Shown here piece after piece: positions 14,640-23,512 of a DNA stretch of 33,255 nt. The translations under genes and the position numbers were made by a program. Positions within the stretch are counted from its first letter, which is position 1. Each line of letters begins with the position of its first letter. The DNA comes from Minisyncoccota bacterium. Lineage in GTDB: Bacteria > Patescibacteriota > Minisyncoccia > UBA6257 > JAGOQP01. The stretch is taken from the NCBI GenBank assembly GCA_036170035.1, contig JAVHOK010000047.1, forward strand, positions 1 through 33,255, in the 5' to 3' direction. The notes under the pieces were generated by a model. That model searched no databases, was not told the DNA's origin, and saw only the letters and a program-made list of their open reading frames with translations.

Positions 14640-15023
14640 ATGCGTTTATTGGGTGTTAACATTCCGGACAACAAAAGAATTGACGTCTCACTGACGTATT
14701 TTTATGGTATTGGAGGAAAATTGGCCGAAACAATCTGCGAGAAAACAAAAATTGATCCTACAAAGAAAGCTAAGGATTTAACCCCTGACGAATTAAGTAA
14801 GATTAAGGAGTTTGTTGAAAAAAATTATAAAATAGAAGGAGAACTAAGAACCATTGTTAGATCAAATATTACCCTTTTAAAAGATATTGGTTCTTATAAA
14901 GGAGCCAGACATTCAAGAAAATTGCCAGTTCATGGACAAAGAACAAAAACAAATTCAAGAACTGTCCGTGGTAATGTCAGAAAAACGGCTGGTAGTGGAA
15001 AGCGTAAAGTTGATCTTAAATAA
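14640..15023 (+). CDS. rpsM: 30S ribosomal protein S13
   Basis: MRLLGVNIPDNKRI...LTYFYGIG and the C-terminal GQRTKTN.RT.RG motif. Confidence 0.9.
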   Translation: MRLLGVNIPDNKRIDVSLTYFYGIGGKLAETICEKTKIDPTKKAKDLTPDELSKIKEFVEKNYKIEGELRTIVRSNITLLKDIGSYKGARHSRKLPVHGQRTKTNSRTVRGNVRKTAGSGKRKVDLK

Positions 15024-15046
15024 TTCATCTATATAAATAAAATAAA

Positions 15047-15490
15047 ATGGGAAAGAAAAAAGTAATACAAAAATCTGGTGATACAAAAGAAACTACTTCT
15101 GGCACTGAAGGTGTTGTTGCTCAAAAAACCTCTTCTTCAAAAAAGATAGAAACAGGTTTTGTTTATGTTAATGCCTCATATAATAATACTCTTGTGACAG
15201 TGACTGATATGTCTGGTAATGTTGTGGCCTGGTCATCTTCTGGAAGTATGGGATTTACTGGTCCTAAAAAGGCTACCCCTTTTGCTTCTGCAAAAGTAGC
15301 AATGGCTGTAATAGAAAAGATCAAAAAATCTGGCCCTTTTAATATTCACGTGGTTGTTAAAGGAGTTGGAAGTGGAAGAGATTCTGCTATTAGAACATTC
15401 GCGGGACAAGGATTTAATATTATTTCTATTAAAGATGCTACTCCAATTCCACACAATGGTCCAAAACCTCCAAAAGTTAGAAGAGTTTAA
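15047..15490 (+). CDS. rpsK: 30S ribosomal protein S11 (with N-terminal extension)
   Basis: YVNASYNNTLVTVTDMSGNVVAWSSSGSMGFTGPKKATPFA and a PHNG...PK.RRV end. Confidence 0.9.
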   Translation: MGKKKVIQKSGDTKETTSGTEGVVAQKTSSSKKIETGFVYVNASYNNTLVTVTDMSGNVVAWSSSGSMGFTGPKKATPFASAKVAMAVIEKIKKSGPFNIHVVVKGVGSGRDSAIRTFAGQGFNIISIKDATPIPHNGPKPPKVRRV

Positions 15491-15500
15491 TATCTAAAAT

Positions 15501-16121
15501 ATGCATTTAATCAAATCAAAAGAAAAAAAAGAAAGATCATTACAATCAAACCTTGGTTTAAAGGCTTATCGTTCTGCATCTCCAAAATCTGGTATGAACA
15601 AAAGAGGAACAAGACCAGGGGAACACGGAGGTAAATTTTCAAGAGCCGGGTCTGAGTTTAAAACTCAATTAATGGAAAAACAAAGGATTAAGTTTTCTTA
15701 TGGATTATCAGAAAAGCAAATTAAAACTATTTTTAAAAAAGCTCTTGCTAGTAAAAAATCCGTCACCAATTTTATTTTAAGAAAATTAGAGACAAGACTT
15801 GATAATGTTACTTTTAAGCTTGGTTATGCTCCTTCTAGAATTATGGGAAGACAACTTATTTCGCATGGTCATTTTTTAGTGAATGGAAGAAAAGTTAATG
15901 TTCCTTCTTTTGAAGTTAAAGTTGGAGACATAATTACTGTTAAAGAAAAAAGTCAAAAAATAAATTTATTTAAAGAGATTCCAACCACATTAAAGGGTGC
16001 TCCTCAAGAAAGTTGGCTGAGTAGAGATGTGGCAAAATTTGAGGGGACTATGAAAAGTGTTCCTGAAAATATTGAACTACCATTTAATATTAACTTGGTC
16101 GTGGACTATTATTCTCGTTAA
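15501..16121 (+). CDS. rpsD: 30S ribosomal protein S4 (Cys-less form)
   Basis: PGEHG, QLMEKQRIKFSYGLSEKQ and the S4 domain RLDNV.F.LGYA.SR..GRQLISHGHFLVNGRKVN.PS. Confidence 0.9.
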   Translation: MHLIKSKEKKERSLQSNLGLKAYRSASPKSGMNKRGTRPGEHGGKFSRAGSEFKTQLMEKQRIKFSYGLSEKQIKTIFKKALASKKSVTNFILRKLETRLDNVTFKLGYAPSRIMGRQLISHGHFLVNGRKVNVPSFEVKVGDIITVKEKSQKINLFKEIPTTLKGAPQESWLSRDVAKFEGTMKSVPENIELPFNINLVVDYYSR

Positions 16122-16159
16122 TCTTAATAGATTAATGAGTGGTTATTATTTAAAATATT

Positions 16160-16939
16160 ATGGAATATAATTTCTTAAGCAAAAATGTATCAATAAAAAC
16201 AGTCAAAGAGACTGAGTCTAATGGTGTTTTTGAGATTTCCGGTCTTTATACAGGTTACGGAGTAACAATTGGAAATGCTTTTAGAAGAATATTACTTTCT
16301 TCTCTTCCGGGAGCAGCAATTACTCAAGTTAAAATAAAAAGCGTTAAACATGAGTTTTCAACAATTGACGGTGTTTTAGAAGATGTGATTGATATTACAC
16401 TTAATCTTAAAAAAATTAAGTTTAAATTTTTTGCTGATGAACCACAAGTTTTAACTCTGAAAACCAAAGGACAAGGAGAAGTATATGCAAAAGAAATTAA
16501 GGCAAATTCTCAAGTTGAGTTAATGACTCCAGATGTACTAATTGCTACTTTGACCTCAAAAACTGCAGAGTTAGATATGGAAATAACGGTTGAAAAGGGT
16601 CTTGGATATTCTCCAGCTGAGAGTCGTAGATTGGAAAAACTTCCAATTGGAAGTATAGCGATAGATGCCGTTTTTACACCTGTTACAATGGTTAATTATG
16701 AGATTGAAAATATGAGAGTTGGAGAAAGAACTGATTTTAATAAATTAATTCTTACGATTGAAACCGATGGAACAATTACTCCATCTAGCGCTTTGCATAA
16801 AGCCTCTAATATTTTAAAAGATCATATTGAAGTCATCTCTAGCATTGATGTTAAAGCTTCTCAAATAGAAAAAGAAAAAATTTCTGAAAAGGAAGAAAAG
16901 CCAACTACCAAAACAAAGAAGACAACAAAGAAAAAATAA
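16160..16939 (+). CDS. rpoA: RNA polymerase alpha subunit, N-terminal domain only (259 aa) with Lys-rich tail
   Basis: GYGVTIGNAFRRILLSSLPGAAIT, then the dimerisation/insert domain. The protein ends ...KEEKPTTKTKKTTKKK. rplQ starts 4 nt later, so no alpha-CTD is encoded here. Confidence 0.85.
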   Translation: MEYNFLSKNVSIKTVKETESNGVFEISGLYTGYGVTIGNAFRRILLSSLPGAAITQVKIKSVKHEFSTIDGVLEDVIDITLNLKKIKFKFFADEPQVLTLKTKGQGEVYAKEIKANSQVELMTPDVLIATLTSKTAELDMEITVEKGLGYSPAESRRLEKLPIGSIAIDAVFTPVTMVNYEIENMRVGERTDFNKLILTIETDGTITPSSALHKASNILKDHIEVISSIDVKASQIEKEKISEKEEKPTTKTKKTTKKK

Positions 16940-16942
16940 AAT

Positions 16943-17293
16943 ATGAGACATCAAAAGAAAGGAAAAAAATTCCATAGGAAAACTGGTCAAAGAAAGGCAT
17001 TTATGAAATCGCTTTCTTCCAATGTTATTTTAAAGAATAAAATAACTACTACAGAAACCAGAGCCAAAGCGGTTAAAAGTGCCGTTGAAAAATTGGTGAC
17101 TTTAGCAAAAAAACAAAACTTAAATGCATTGAGGTTATTATTGGCGAGACTTAATAAAAAAGCTGCTTTGAAACTTTATAATGATATTGCTCCAAAATAT
17201 AAAGATAAAAAGGGCGGATATTTAAGAGTGATTAAGATGACAAAGCCTAGAAAAGGCGATAGTGCTCCTATGGCTTTTATAGAGTTTGTTTAA
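16943..17293 (+). CDS. rplQ: 50S ribosomal protein L17
   Basis: MRHQKKGKKF.RK..QRKA, TTETRAK, and the GGYLRVIK....RKGDSAPMAFIEFV end. Confidence 0.9.
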   Translation: MRHQKKGKKFHRKTGQRKAFMKSLSSNVILKNKITTTETRAKAVKSAVEKLVTLAKKQNLNALRLLLARLNKKAALKLYNDIAPKYKDKKGGYLRVIKMTKPRKGDSAPMAFIEFV

Positions 17294-17298
17294 TTAAA

Positions 17299-17511
17299 AT
17301 GACTTTATTTACCAAGATAAAAAAATATTTACAGACAGAAAATGCTTGTGTTATTTCAAAAAATAAGATTCCAGAATTTGTTGTTCTTAGATGGGAGACA
17401 TATCAGAATCTCATTTCTTCTGTAGAAAATATGTCAGTGGCAAAGAAAATGATAGAGGAAGAACAAAGTGATGGAGAATATGATATTGACATTAACAAGA
17501 TTCCCGTTTAA
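17299..17511 (+). CDS. small Phd/YefM-antitoxin-like protein (70 aa)
   Basis: ENACVISKNKIPEFVVLRWETYQNL resembles the Phd/YefM core (P..ItrnG.p.aVl.s.eeY..L). An acidic C-terminal tail follows. Confidence 0.45.
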   Translation: MTLFTKIKKYLQTENACVISKNKIPEFVVLRWETYQNLISSVENMSVAKKMIEEEQSDGEYDIDINKIPV

Positions 17512-17554
17512 TATTAAAAATACTTAATATAAATTAAAATTAATAAAAATAAAT

Positions 17555-18754
17555 ATGGCAGAAAAAGAAAAATTTGAACGCACAAAGCCACATATTAACG
17601 TTGGAACGATTGGACACGTTGATCATGGAAAGACTACATTGACTGCGGCTATCACCCACGTTCTAAAATTGAAGGGGTGGATTTCAAAAGAAGAAGGAGT
17701 TAATAATATTGATAATGCTCCCGAGGAAAAAGCTCGTGGGATTACAATTGCTCTTCATCATTCAGAATATGAAACAGAGAAGAGGCACTATGCTCATATT
17801 GATGCTCCTGGACACGCTGATTATATTAAAAACATGATCACTGGAGCTGCTCAAATGGATGGAGCTATTTTAGTTGTGGCTGCTACCGATGGACCTATGC
17901 CTCAAACTAGAGAACACATTCTTTTGGCTCGTCAAGTTGGCGTTCCAAAAATTATTGTTTTCCTAAACAAAGTTGATCAAGTTTCCGATCCAGAACTTAT
18001 TGATTTAGTTGAATCAGAAGTTAGAGAACTTTTAACAAAATATGAATTTCCTGGAGATACAACTCCTATTATTCGTGGTTCAGCTCTTAAGGCTTTAGAA
18101 ACCACATCAGCTGATTCTCCTGAGGCCGCTCCTATATTGGAACTTGTAAAAGCTTTAGATGAATATATTACAGAGCCAGTTCGTGAAACAGATAAACCAT
18201 TTCTTATGCCAATTGAAGATATTTTTTCAATTGAAGGAAGAGGAACCGTTGTAACTGGTAAAGTGGAGCGTGGAATTATTAAAATCAACGAAGAAATTGA
18301 AGTTGTGGGATTACGACCAACGGTTAAAACCGTTGTAACTGGTATTGAAATGTTTCAGAAGCTTCTTGATGAAGGAAGAGCCGGAGACAATATTGGTATT
18401 TTGTTACGCGGTCTTAAAAAGGAAGATGTTGAGCGTGGACAAGTTATTGCTAAACCAGGGACTATTACTCCTCATACAGATTTTGAAGCAGAAGTTTATG
18501 TTCTTACTAAAGAAGAAGGAGGAAGACACACCCCATTCTTTAAAGGATATAAACCACAGTTTTATTTAAAAACTACCGATGTAACCGGAGAAGTTATTCT
18601 TCCAGAAGGAGTTGAAATGGTTATGCCTGGAGATACCGTTAAAATCACAGCTAAACTTATTTCTCCAATTGCTTTAGAAGAAAAACAGAAATTTACTATT
18701 CGCGAAGGAGGGAAAACAGTTGGAGCTGGTGTTATTTCGAAGATCATAAAATAA
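17555..18754 (+). CDS. tuf: elongation factor Tu
   Basis: [22 protein letters not shown] and the rest are near-canonical EF-Tu. Confidence 0.95.
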   Translation: MAEKEKFERTKPHINVGTIGHVDHGKTTLTAAITHVLKLKGWISKEEGVNNIDNAPEEKARGITIALHHSEYETEKRHYAHIDAPGHADYIKNMITGAAQMDGAILVVAATDGPMPQTREHILLARQVGVPKIIVFLNKVDQVSDPELIDLVESEVRELLTKYEFPGDTTPIIRGSALKALETTSADSPEAAPILELVKALDEYITEPVRETDKPFLMPIEDIFSIEGRGTVVTGKVERGIIKINEEIEVVGLRPTVKTVVTGIEMFQKLLDEGRAGDNIGILLRGLKKEDVERGQVIAKPGTITPHTDFEAEVYVLTKEEGGRHTPFFKGYKPQFYLKTTDVTGEVILPEGVEMVMPGDTVKITAKLISPIALEEKQKFTIREGGKTVGAGVISKIIK

Positions 18755-18793
18755 GTAATATTGTCTAAGTAATTTTCGGTTAAGGAAAATAAT

Positions 18794-19123
18794 ATGTCCA
18801 CAAAAAAGGAAGTAGAAAAAAATAGAATAAGGTTGAAGATTAAATCATACGATCATAGATTGATTGATACATCTACAAAACAGATTATTGATACGGCTGT
18901 TCGTAATGGCGCAGAGGTAATTGGACCAATTCCTCTTCCAACAGAGATGCGAAAATATACCGTTAATCGATCAACTTTTGTTCACAAAAATTCCAGAGAT
19001 CAATTTGAAATGCGTATTCATAAGAGATTGATTGAGATTTTAAATCCTGGTCAAAAAATTGTTGAATCGCTTTCAAATTTAAGTTTGCCTTCTGGAGTGG
19101 ATATTGAAATAAAACTTATTTAA
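18794..19123 (+). CDS. rpsJ: 30S ribosomal protein S10
   Basis: [14 protein letters not shown]...GPIPLPT....[22 protein letters not shown]. Confidence 0.9.
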   Translation: MSTKKEVEKNRIRLKIKSYDHRLIDTSTKQIIDTAVRNGAEVIGPIPLPTEMRKYTVNRSTFVHKNSRDQFEMRIHKRLIEILNPGQKIVESLSNLSLPSGVDIEIKLI

Positions 19124-19139
19124 ATTTAAACAAATAAAA

Positions 19140-19168
19140 ATTACCCCTGATATTCGGGGTAATTTTTT
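19140..19168 (+). terminator. intrinsic terminator immediately after rpsJ
   Basis: ATTACCCC-tgatattc-GGGGTAAT followed by TTTTT. Confidence 0.8.
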
Positions 19169-19260
19169 ACTTATTTTTTGAAATGTTTTGATGATATGTA
19201 TTGGTTTTTGTTAAATAATAACCTAATCAATTAAACGGCTGTTATTAACACATCAGAGTG

Positions 19261-19289
19261 TTGACATTATATATTTTTTTTGCTACATT
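19261..19289 (+). promoter_or_regulatory. candidate promoter TTGACA-17-TACATT for the rplC operon
   Basis: Consensus TTGACA at 19261-19266, 17-nt spacer, weak -10 TACATT at 19284-19289. Confidence 0.4.
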
Positions 19290-19328
19290 TAATAGCACTA
19301 TCACATTCAAAAAAAGTTTAGGAATGTG

Positions 19329-19349
19329 AGACAGTATATATTACTGTCT
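19329..19349 (+). promoter_or_regulatory. 8-bp hairpin in the rplC 5' leader
   Basis: AGACAGTA-tatat-TACTGTCT, 37 nt upstream of the rplC ATG. Confidence 0.35.
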
Positions 19350-19385
19350 AGTTCTGTTGTAAAAAAATCAAATACAAATTTTTTT

Positions 19386-19994
19386 ATGTCATTTATAATT
19401 GGAAAAAAAGTTAAAATGGATAGAGTTTGGAACGAAAAGGGAGTTCCAGTGCCCGTAACTATTATTAATGCCGGGCCAGTTGTTGTTACTCAAATTAAAT
19501 CACAAGAAAAAGATGGATATAAAGCTATTCAAGTTGGATATGATCAATCCATTAAAAAAATAACAAAATCATTAGCCGGACATTTTAAAGATAATGGTAA
19601 GTTTAGATATACTCGTGAATTTAAAAATTCATTAGATAAGGAATATGTTGTAGGAGAATCTATTGATGTCTCCACTTTTGTTGTTGGAGATAAATTAAGA
19701 GTAACAGGGTTTGAAAAAGGAAGAGGATTTCAAGGTGTTGTAAAAAGACATGGGTTTCATGGAGGACCAAAAACTCATGGTCAAAAAAATAGACATAGAG
19801 CTCCTGGTTCATTAGGACCAACTGCTCCTCAGCGTGTTGTTCCAGGAAAGAAAATGGCTGGAAGAATGGGAAATGATAAAGTAACATTAAGAAATGTAAA
19901 AGTAGTTTCCGTTGATAAAGAAAATAATATTATAGCCATCAAAGGACAAGCTCCTGGAAGTAGAAAGGGTATATTGTTAATAGAAAAAATGTAA
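19386..19994 (+). CDS. rplC: 50S ribosomal protein L3
   Basis: MSFIIGKKVKMDRVWNEKGVPVPVTII and FQGVVKRHGF.GGP.THG. Start chosen at MSFIIGKK rather than the tracked 19326. Confidence 0.9.
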   Translation: MSFIIGKKVKMDRVWNEKGVPVPVTIINAGPVVVTQIKSQEKDGYKAIQVGYDQSIKKITKSLAGHFKDNGKFRYTREFKNSLDKEYVVGESIDVSTFVVGDKLRVTGFEKGRGFQGVVKRHGFHGGPKTHGQKNRHRAPGSLGPTAPQRVVPGKKMAGRMGNDKVTLRNVKVVSVDKENNIIAIKGQAPGSRKGILLIEKM

Positions 19995-19999
19995 ATAAT

Positions 20000-20647
20000 A
20001 TGATTCAAGTTGATGTAAAAAATTTAGAAGGAAAAGAAATTGATAAAATGGAGATTCCAGACTCTATGTTTGGCGTAGAATGGAATCCAGAGCTTGTTCA
20101 TCAAGCTGTTGTTGCGCAACAAGCTAATAGTCGTAATATTATAGCTCATGCAAAGACAAGAGCTGAGGTAAGAGGTGGTGGGAAAAAACCTTGGAAACAA
20201 AAAGGTACAGGACGCGCTAGACATGGATCTATTAGATCTCCGCTTTGGATTGGTGGAGGTGCAACCCATGGACCATTGAAGGAGAAAGTTTATGCTAAAA
20301 AAATAAATAAAAAAATGAAACAAGGGGCGATATTTTCAGCCTTGTCAAGACAATTTAGCGAAGGGAGAGTTTTAATTATTGATAAAATTTCATCAGATTT
20401 AAAAACAAAATCAGTCGTTGGTAAAATTAAAGGAGTTATTACAAACAAAGAAAGTGCTATGTTTGTCTTTGCCAACGAAAACAAAACAACGCAGAAAGTC
20501 GTAAGGAACATTTCTAAAATAACTTGGTGTGGTCCTTTTTCTTTAAATATTGTTGATATATTAAGACCCAAAAAGATTTTAATTGAGAAAGATGCTATTG
20601 CTCAAATTGCTAGTCATTATAAATTAGCCAATAAGACAAAGAAATAA
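20000..20647 (+). CDS. rplD: 50S ribosomal protein L4
   Basis: GGGKKPWKQKGTGRARHGSIRSPLWIGGGATHGP. Confidence 0.9.
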   Translation: MIQVDVKNLEGKEIDKMEIPDSMFGVEWNPELVHQAVVAQQANSRNIIAHAKTRAEVRGGGKKPWKQKGTGRARHGSIRSPLWIGGGATHGPLKEKVYAKKINKKMKQGAIFSALSRQFSEGRVLIIDKISSDLKTKSVVGKIKGVITNKESAMFVFANENKTTQKVVRNISKITWCGPFSLNIVDILRPKKILIEKDAIAQIASHYKLANKTKK

Positions 20648-20648
20648 T

Positions 20649-21026
20649 ATGGCCATTTTTAAGAAATCAAAAAAAGAGGTTGAGCAAAAACCAGAAAAGA
20701 TAGAAAAAATTTCAGTGGATGATAAAAAAGAAGCCATTATTTTTAATTTTAAAAATAATCCTATTGTTAGACCTCATATTACTGAAAAATCTTTAAGAGG
20801 GGAGGAAATTGGACAATACGTTTTTATTGTAAGAAAAGATACCACTAAGAAAGAAGTTGCTCAAAGTATTTCAAAAATGCACAAAGTAACAGTTGAAAAA
20901 GTCAGAATGATAAGACAAGAAAAACCATTAACTGGTTTTAGAGGAAAAAGTAAGAGAGATATTATTACAAAAAAAGCTATTGTGACATTAAAAAAGGGTG
21001 ATAAAATTGATAGCGGAGTAAAATAA
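20649..21026 (+). CDS. rplW: 50S ribosomal protein L23 (with N-terminal extension)
   Basis: IVRPHITEKS......YVFIV.KD.TKKEV...I.KMHKV.VEKV core. Confidence 0.85.
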   Translation: MAIFKKSKKEVEQKPEKIEKISVDDKKEAIIFNFKNNPIVRPHITEKSLRGEEIGQYVFIVRKDTTKKEVAQSISKMHKVTVEKVRMIRQEKPLTGFRGKSKRDIITKKAIVTLKKGDKIDSGVK

Positions 21027-21046
21027 GTATTTTATAATAAAGTTTT

Positions 21047-21868
21047 ATGAAAAAATATAATCCAACAACACCATCAAGAAGACATATGACGACTGTAGAT
21101 CAGGACGTTATTTCTGATGTTGCTCCTTTAAAAACCCTTACTCAAAAATTAAAAACTGCTGCTGGAAGAAATAATCAAGGAAGAATAACAACTCGTCATC
21201 AAGGAGGTGGAAATAAGAAAATGTATCGATTGGTTGATTTTAAACAACGCGAATTTGATATTCCGGCAACTGTTGAAACTATTGAATATGATCCTTATAG
21301 AACAGGTTTTATAGCAAAAATTATTTATCAAAACGGAAAGAGAAGTTATATTTTAGCTTCTTCTAATATGAAGGCAGGAGATAAAATTATAACAGCTGAA
21401 AAAGCTCCATTGACCGAGGGAAACAGAATGAAAATTCTGAATATTCCTATTGGAACTATGGTGCATAATGTTGAAATTACTCCTGGAAAAGGGGGACAAA
21501 TAGCTAAGTCAGCTGGAGCTTATACACAAATTTTAGCTCACGATGATAGATATACAACATTAAAAATGCCCTCTGGGGAAGTTAGAAAGGTTCTTTGGGA
21601 TAGTTTAGCTTCTATTGGTCAGGTTTCTAACGCTGAATATTCTTTGACTACAATTGGAAAAGCTGGAAGATCAAGATGGTTAGGTATTAGACCAACTGTT
21701 AGAGGATCAGCTATGAATCCTGTTGACCACCCATACGGAGGAGGAGAAGGAAAACAAAAGAGAGGAACTAGAAAACCAAAAACTGCTTGGGGTAAAGTCA
21801 CCGGAGGAAGAAAAACAAGAAATAAAAAGAAGTGGTCAGGGAATCTAATTGTTAAAAGAAGAAAATAA
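21047..21868 (+). CDS. rplB: 50S ribosomal protein L2
   Basis: [31 protein letters not shown] and [17 protein letters not shown]. Confidence 0.95.
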   Translation: MKKYNPTTPSRRHMTTVDQDVISDVAPLKTLTQKLKTAAGRNNQGRITTRHQGGGNKKMYRLVDFKQREFDIPATVETIEYDPYRTGFIAKIIYQNGKRSYILASSNMKAGDKIITAEKAPLTEGNRMKILNIPIGTMVHNVEITPGKGGQIAKSAGAYTQILAHDDRYTTLKMPSGEVRKVLWDSLASIGQVSNAEYSLTTIGKAGRSRWLGIRPTVRGSAMNPVDHPYGGGEGKQKRGTRKPKTAWGKVTGGRKTRNKKKWSGNLIVKRRK

Positions 21869-21872
21869 AATT

Positions 21873-22172
21873 ATGTCAAGAAGTTCAAAAAAGGGTCCAT
21901 ACATTGACCAAAACATTACAAAAAAGATAGAAAAACAAAAACCAGAAGCTGGGCCTATTAAAACATGGGCAAGAGCATCAGAAATTTCTCCAGAAATGGT
22001 TGGTTACATCTTTTTAGTTCACAATGGCAAAGATTTTATTTCCGTTAGAGTGACAGAAGAAATGATTGGTCACAAACTTGGAGAATTTTCTTTAACGAGA
22101 AAATTTGTTAAACATGGAGGTAAGATGCAAAAAGAATTAGAAAAAACAACAGCCCCTGCTCCTAAAAAATAA
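21873..22172 (+). CDS. rpsS: 30S ribosomal protein S19
   Basis: [12 protein letters not shown]...VHNGK.F..V.VTEEM.GHKLGEF..TR.F. Start at 21873, not the tracked 21849, which overlaps rplB. Confidence 0.9.
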   Translation: MSRSSKKGPYIDQNITKKIEKQKPEAGPIKTWARASEISPEMVGYIFLVHNGKDFISVRVTEEMIGHKLGEFSLTRKFVKHGGKMQKELEKTTAPAPKK

Positions 22173-22192
22173 AAATTTGGATAATTAAGAAT

Positions 22193-22804
22193 ATGGCAAA
22201 AGAATTTAAAAAAATTAAAAAGGATCAAAATGAGAAACAGGTTGCAACTGCTACTTTGAGATACCTAAGAATGTCTCCAAGAAAAGTTAGACTAGTCGCG
22301 ACAATGATTAAAGGTAAGAGTGCCAATGATGCACAAGCTCAATTAATGATGCACAATCGTAGAGCTTCTGGTCCTATTTTAAAACTTTTAAATTCAGCCA
22401 TTGCTAATTCTAAACAAAAAAAAATGAACTTAGATAGTTTATTTATATCATCAATTCAAGTTGATAAAGGACCAGTGTTAAAACGCTGGATGCCTAGAGC
22501 TCAAGGAAGAGCTACGCCCATTCATAAATTTACCAGTCACATTATTTTGGAACTATCTATAAAAGAAGGAGGCAAAAAACCAAAATTTGTAACCGAAATT
22601 AAAAAAGCTAAGAAAGATGGTAAACGTGATCACGAGCATCATGAGCATGAACATGAGGTAGAAAAAGAACCTATCAAAAAGCAGACCCAAAAAAGCGTGG
22701 TTGTTAAAGAAAAACAATTAGAATCAAAGACGGAAGTTAAAAAAGACGCTCAGACACAAGATAAAGGATTTATGAAAAAAGTGTTTAGAAGAAAATCAAT
22801 TTAA
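22193..22804 (+). CDS. rplV: 50S ribosomal protein L22 with ~85-aa His/Lys-rich C-terminal extension
   Basis: LRYLRMSPRKVRLVATMIKGKSANDAQAQL...RA.GRATPI.K.TSHI core, then ...KRDHEHHEHEHEVEKE... to residue 203. Confidence 0.9.
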   Translation: MAKEFKKIKKDQNEKQVATATLRYLRMSPRKVRLVATMIKGKSANDAQAQLMMHNRRASGPILKLLNSAIANSKQKKMNLDSLFISSIQVDKGPVLKRWMPRAQGRATPIHKFTSHIILELSIKEGGKKPKFVTEIKKAKKDGKRDHEHHEHEHEVEKEPIKKQTQKSVVVKEKQLESKTEVKKDAQTQDKGFMKKVFRRKSI

Positions 22805-22826
22805 AATCAAGCTATCATTAAATAAT

Positions 22827-23501
22827 ATGGGACAAAAAATTAAACCAACGGCATTAAGAATGGGAATAACAAAGGACTGGGTATCAAAATGGTTACCCAA
22901 GAACTTTAAGTTTGGAATCGGTCTTGCAGAGGACGTGATTTTGCGTTCCGTTATAGAAAAAAAGATAGCTCTTGCTGGAATTGATTCTATTATTATTGAA
23001 AAGACCGCCAATAATTTTAAAATTATTGTTAAAGTCGCTAAACCGGGACTTGTGATTGGAAGGGGCGGAAAAGGAATAGAAGAGTTGACCTCTTTATTAG
23101 AATTAAAAATTGCTCAATTTAGAAAAGACAAAAAAATTGCCGAGAAAGTAATTTTGAGTCTTTCTATTGAAGAAGTGAAAAGATACGAAGTTTCAGCTGC
23201 TGTGACTGCTCAACAAATTGCTTGGGATATAGAAAAGCGTTTGCCTTTTAGAAGAACAATGAAAAGATATATTGAGAGAATTATGCAGAACAGAGATATT
23301 AAAGGTATCAAGATTAAAATGTCTGGAAGATTAGATGGATCTGAAATTGCTCGCTCTGAGCATCTTTCTTCGGGAAGTTTGCCTTTACAAACATTGAGGG
23401 CAGATATTGATTACGCTCAAGGAACTGCTTTTACAACATATGGAACAATTGGAATAAAAGTCTGGATATATAAGGGACAAATATTTAAGAATAAGAAATA
23501 A
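22827..23501 (+). CDS. rpsC: 30S ribosomal protein S3
   Basis: MGQKIKPTALRMGITKDW.SKW and the KH domain GLVIGRGGKGIEEL. Confidence 0.9.
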   Translation: MGQKIKPTALRMGITKDWVSKWLPKNFKFGIGLAEDVILRSVIEKKIALAGIDSIIIEKTANNFKIIVKVAKPGLVIGRGGKGIEELTSLLELKIAQFRKDKKIAEKVILSLSIEEVKRYEVSAAVTAQQIAWDIEKRLPFRRTMKRYIERIMQNRDIKGIKIKMSGRLDGSEIARSEHLSSGSLPLQTLRADIDYAQGTAFTTYGTIGIKVWIYKGQIFKNKK

Positions 23502-23512
23502 TATAGATTTTT

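Noticed and set aside
18752-18773. TAAGTAAT repeated twice with 14-nt spacing between tuf and rpsJ, vaguely like the purine-type heptad array
   Set aside because: There are only two copies and the first includes the tuf stop codon. It is too short to distinguish from chance in AT-rich DNA.
19213-19252. AT-rich imperfect inverted repeat (GTTAAataATAAC ... GTTATTAAC) in the rpsJ-rplC spacer
   Set aside because: The stem is weak, bulged and all-AT with an 18-nt loop. It cannot be distinguished from background.
22416-22424. Long poly-A runs inside coding regions (for example A9 in rplV, and several in rpoD at 8331-8360) as slippage or frameshift sites
   Set aside because: All the frames are intact and encode the expected Lys runs. 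Such tracts are expected from the composition, and there is no evidence of a required frameshift.
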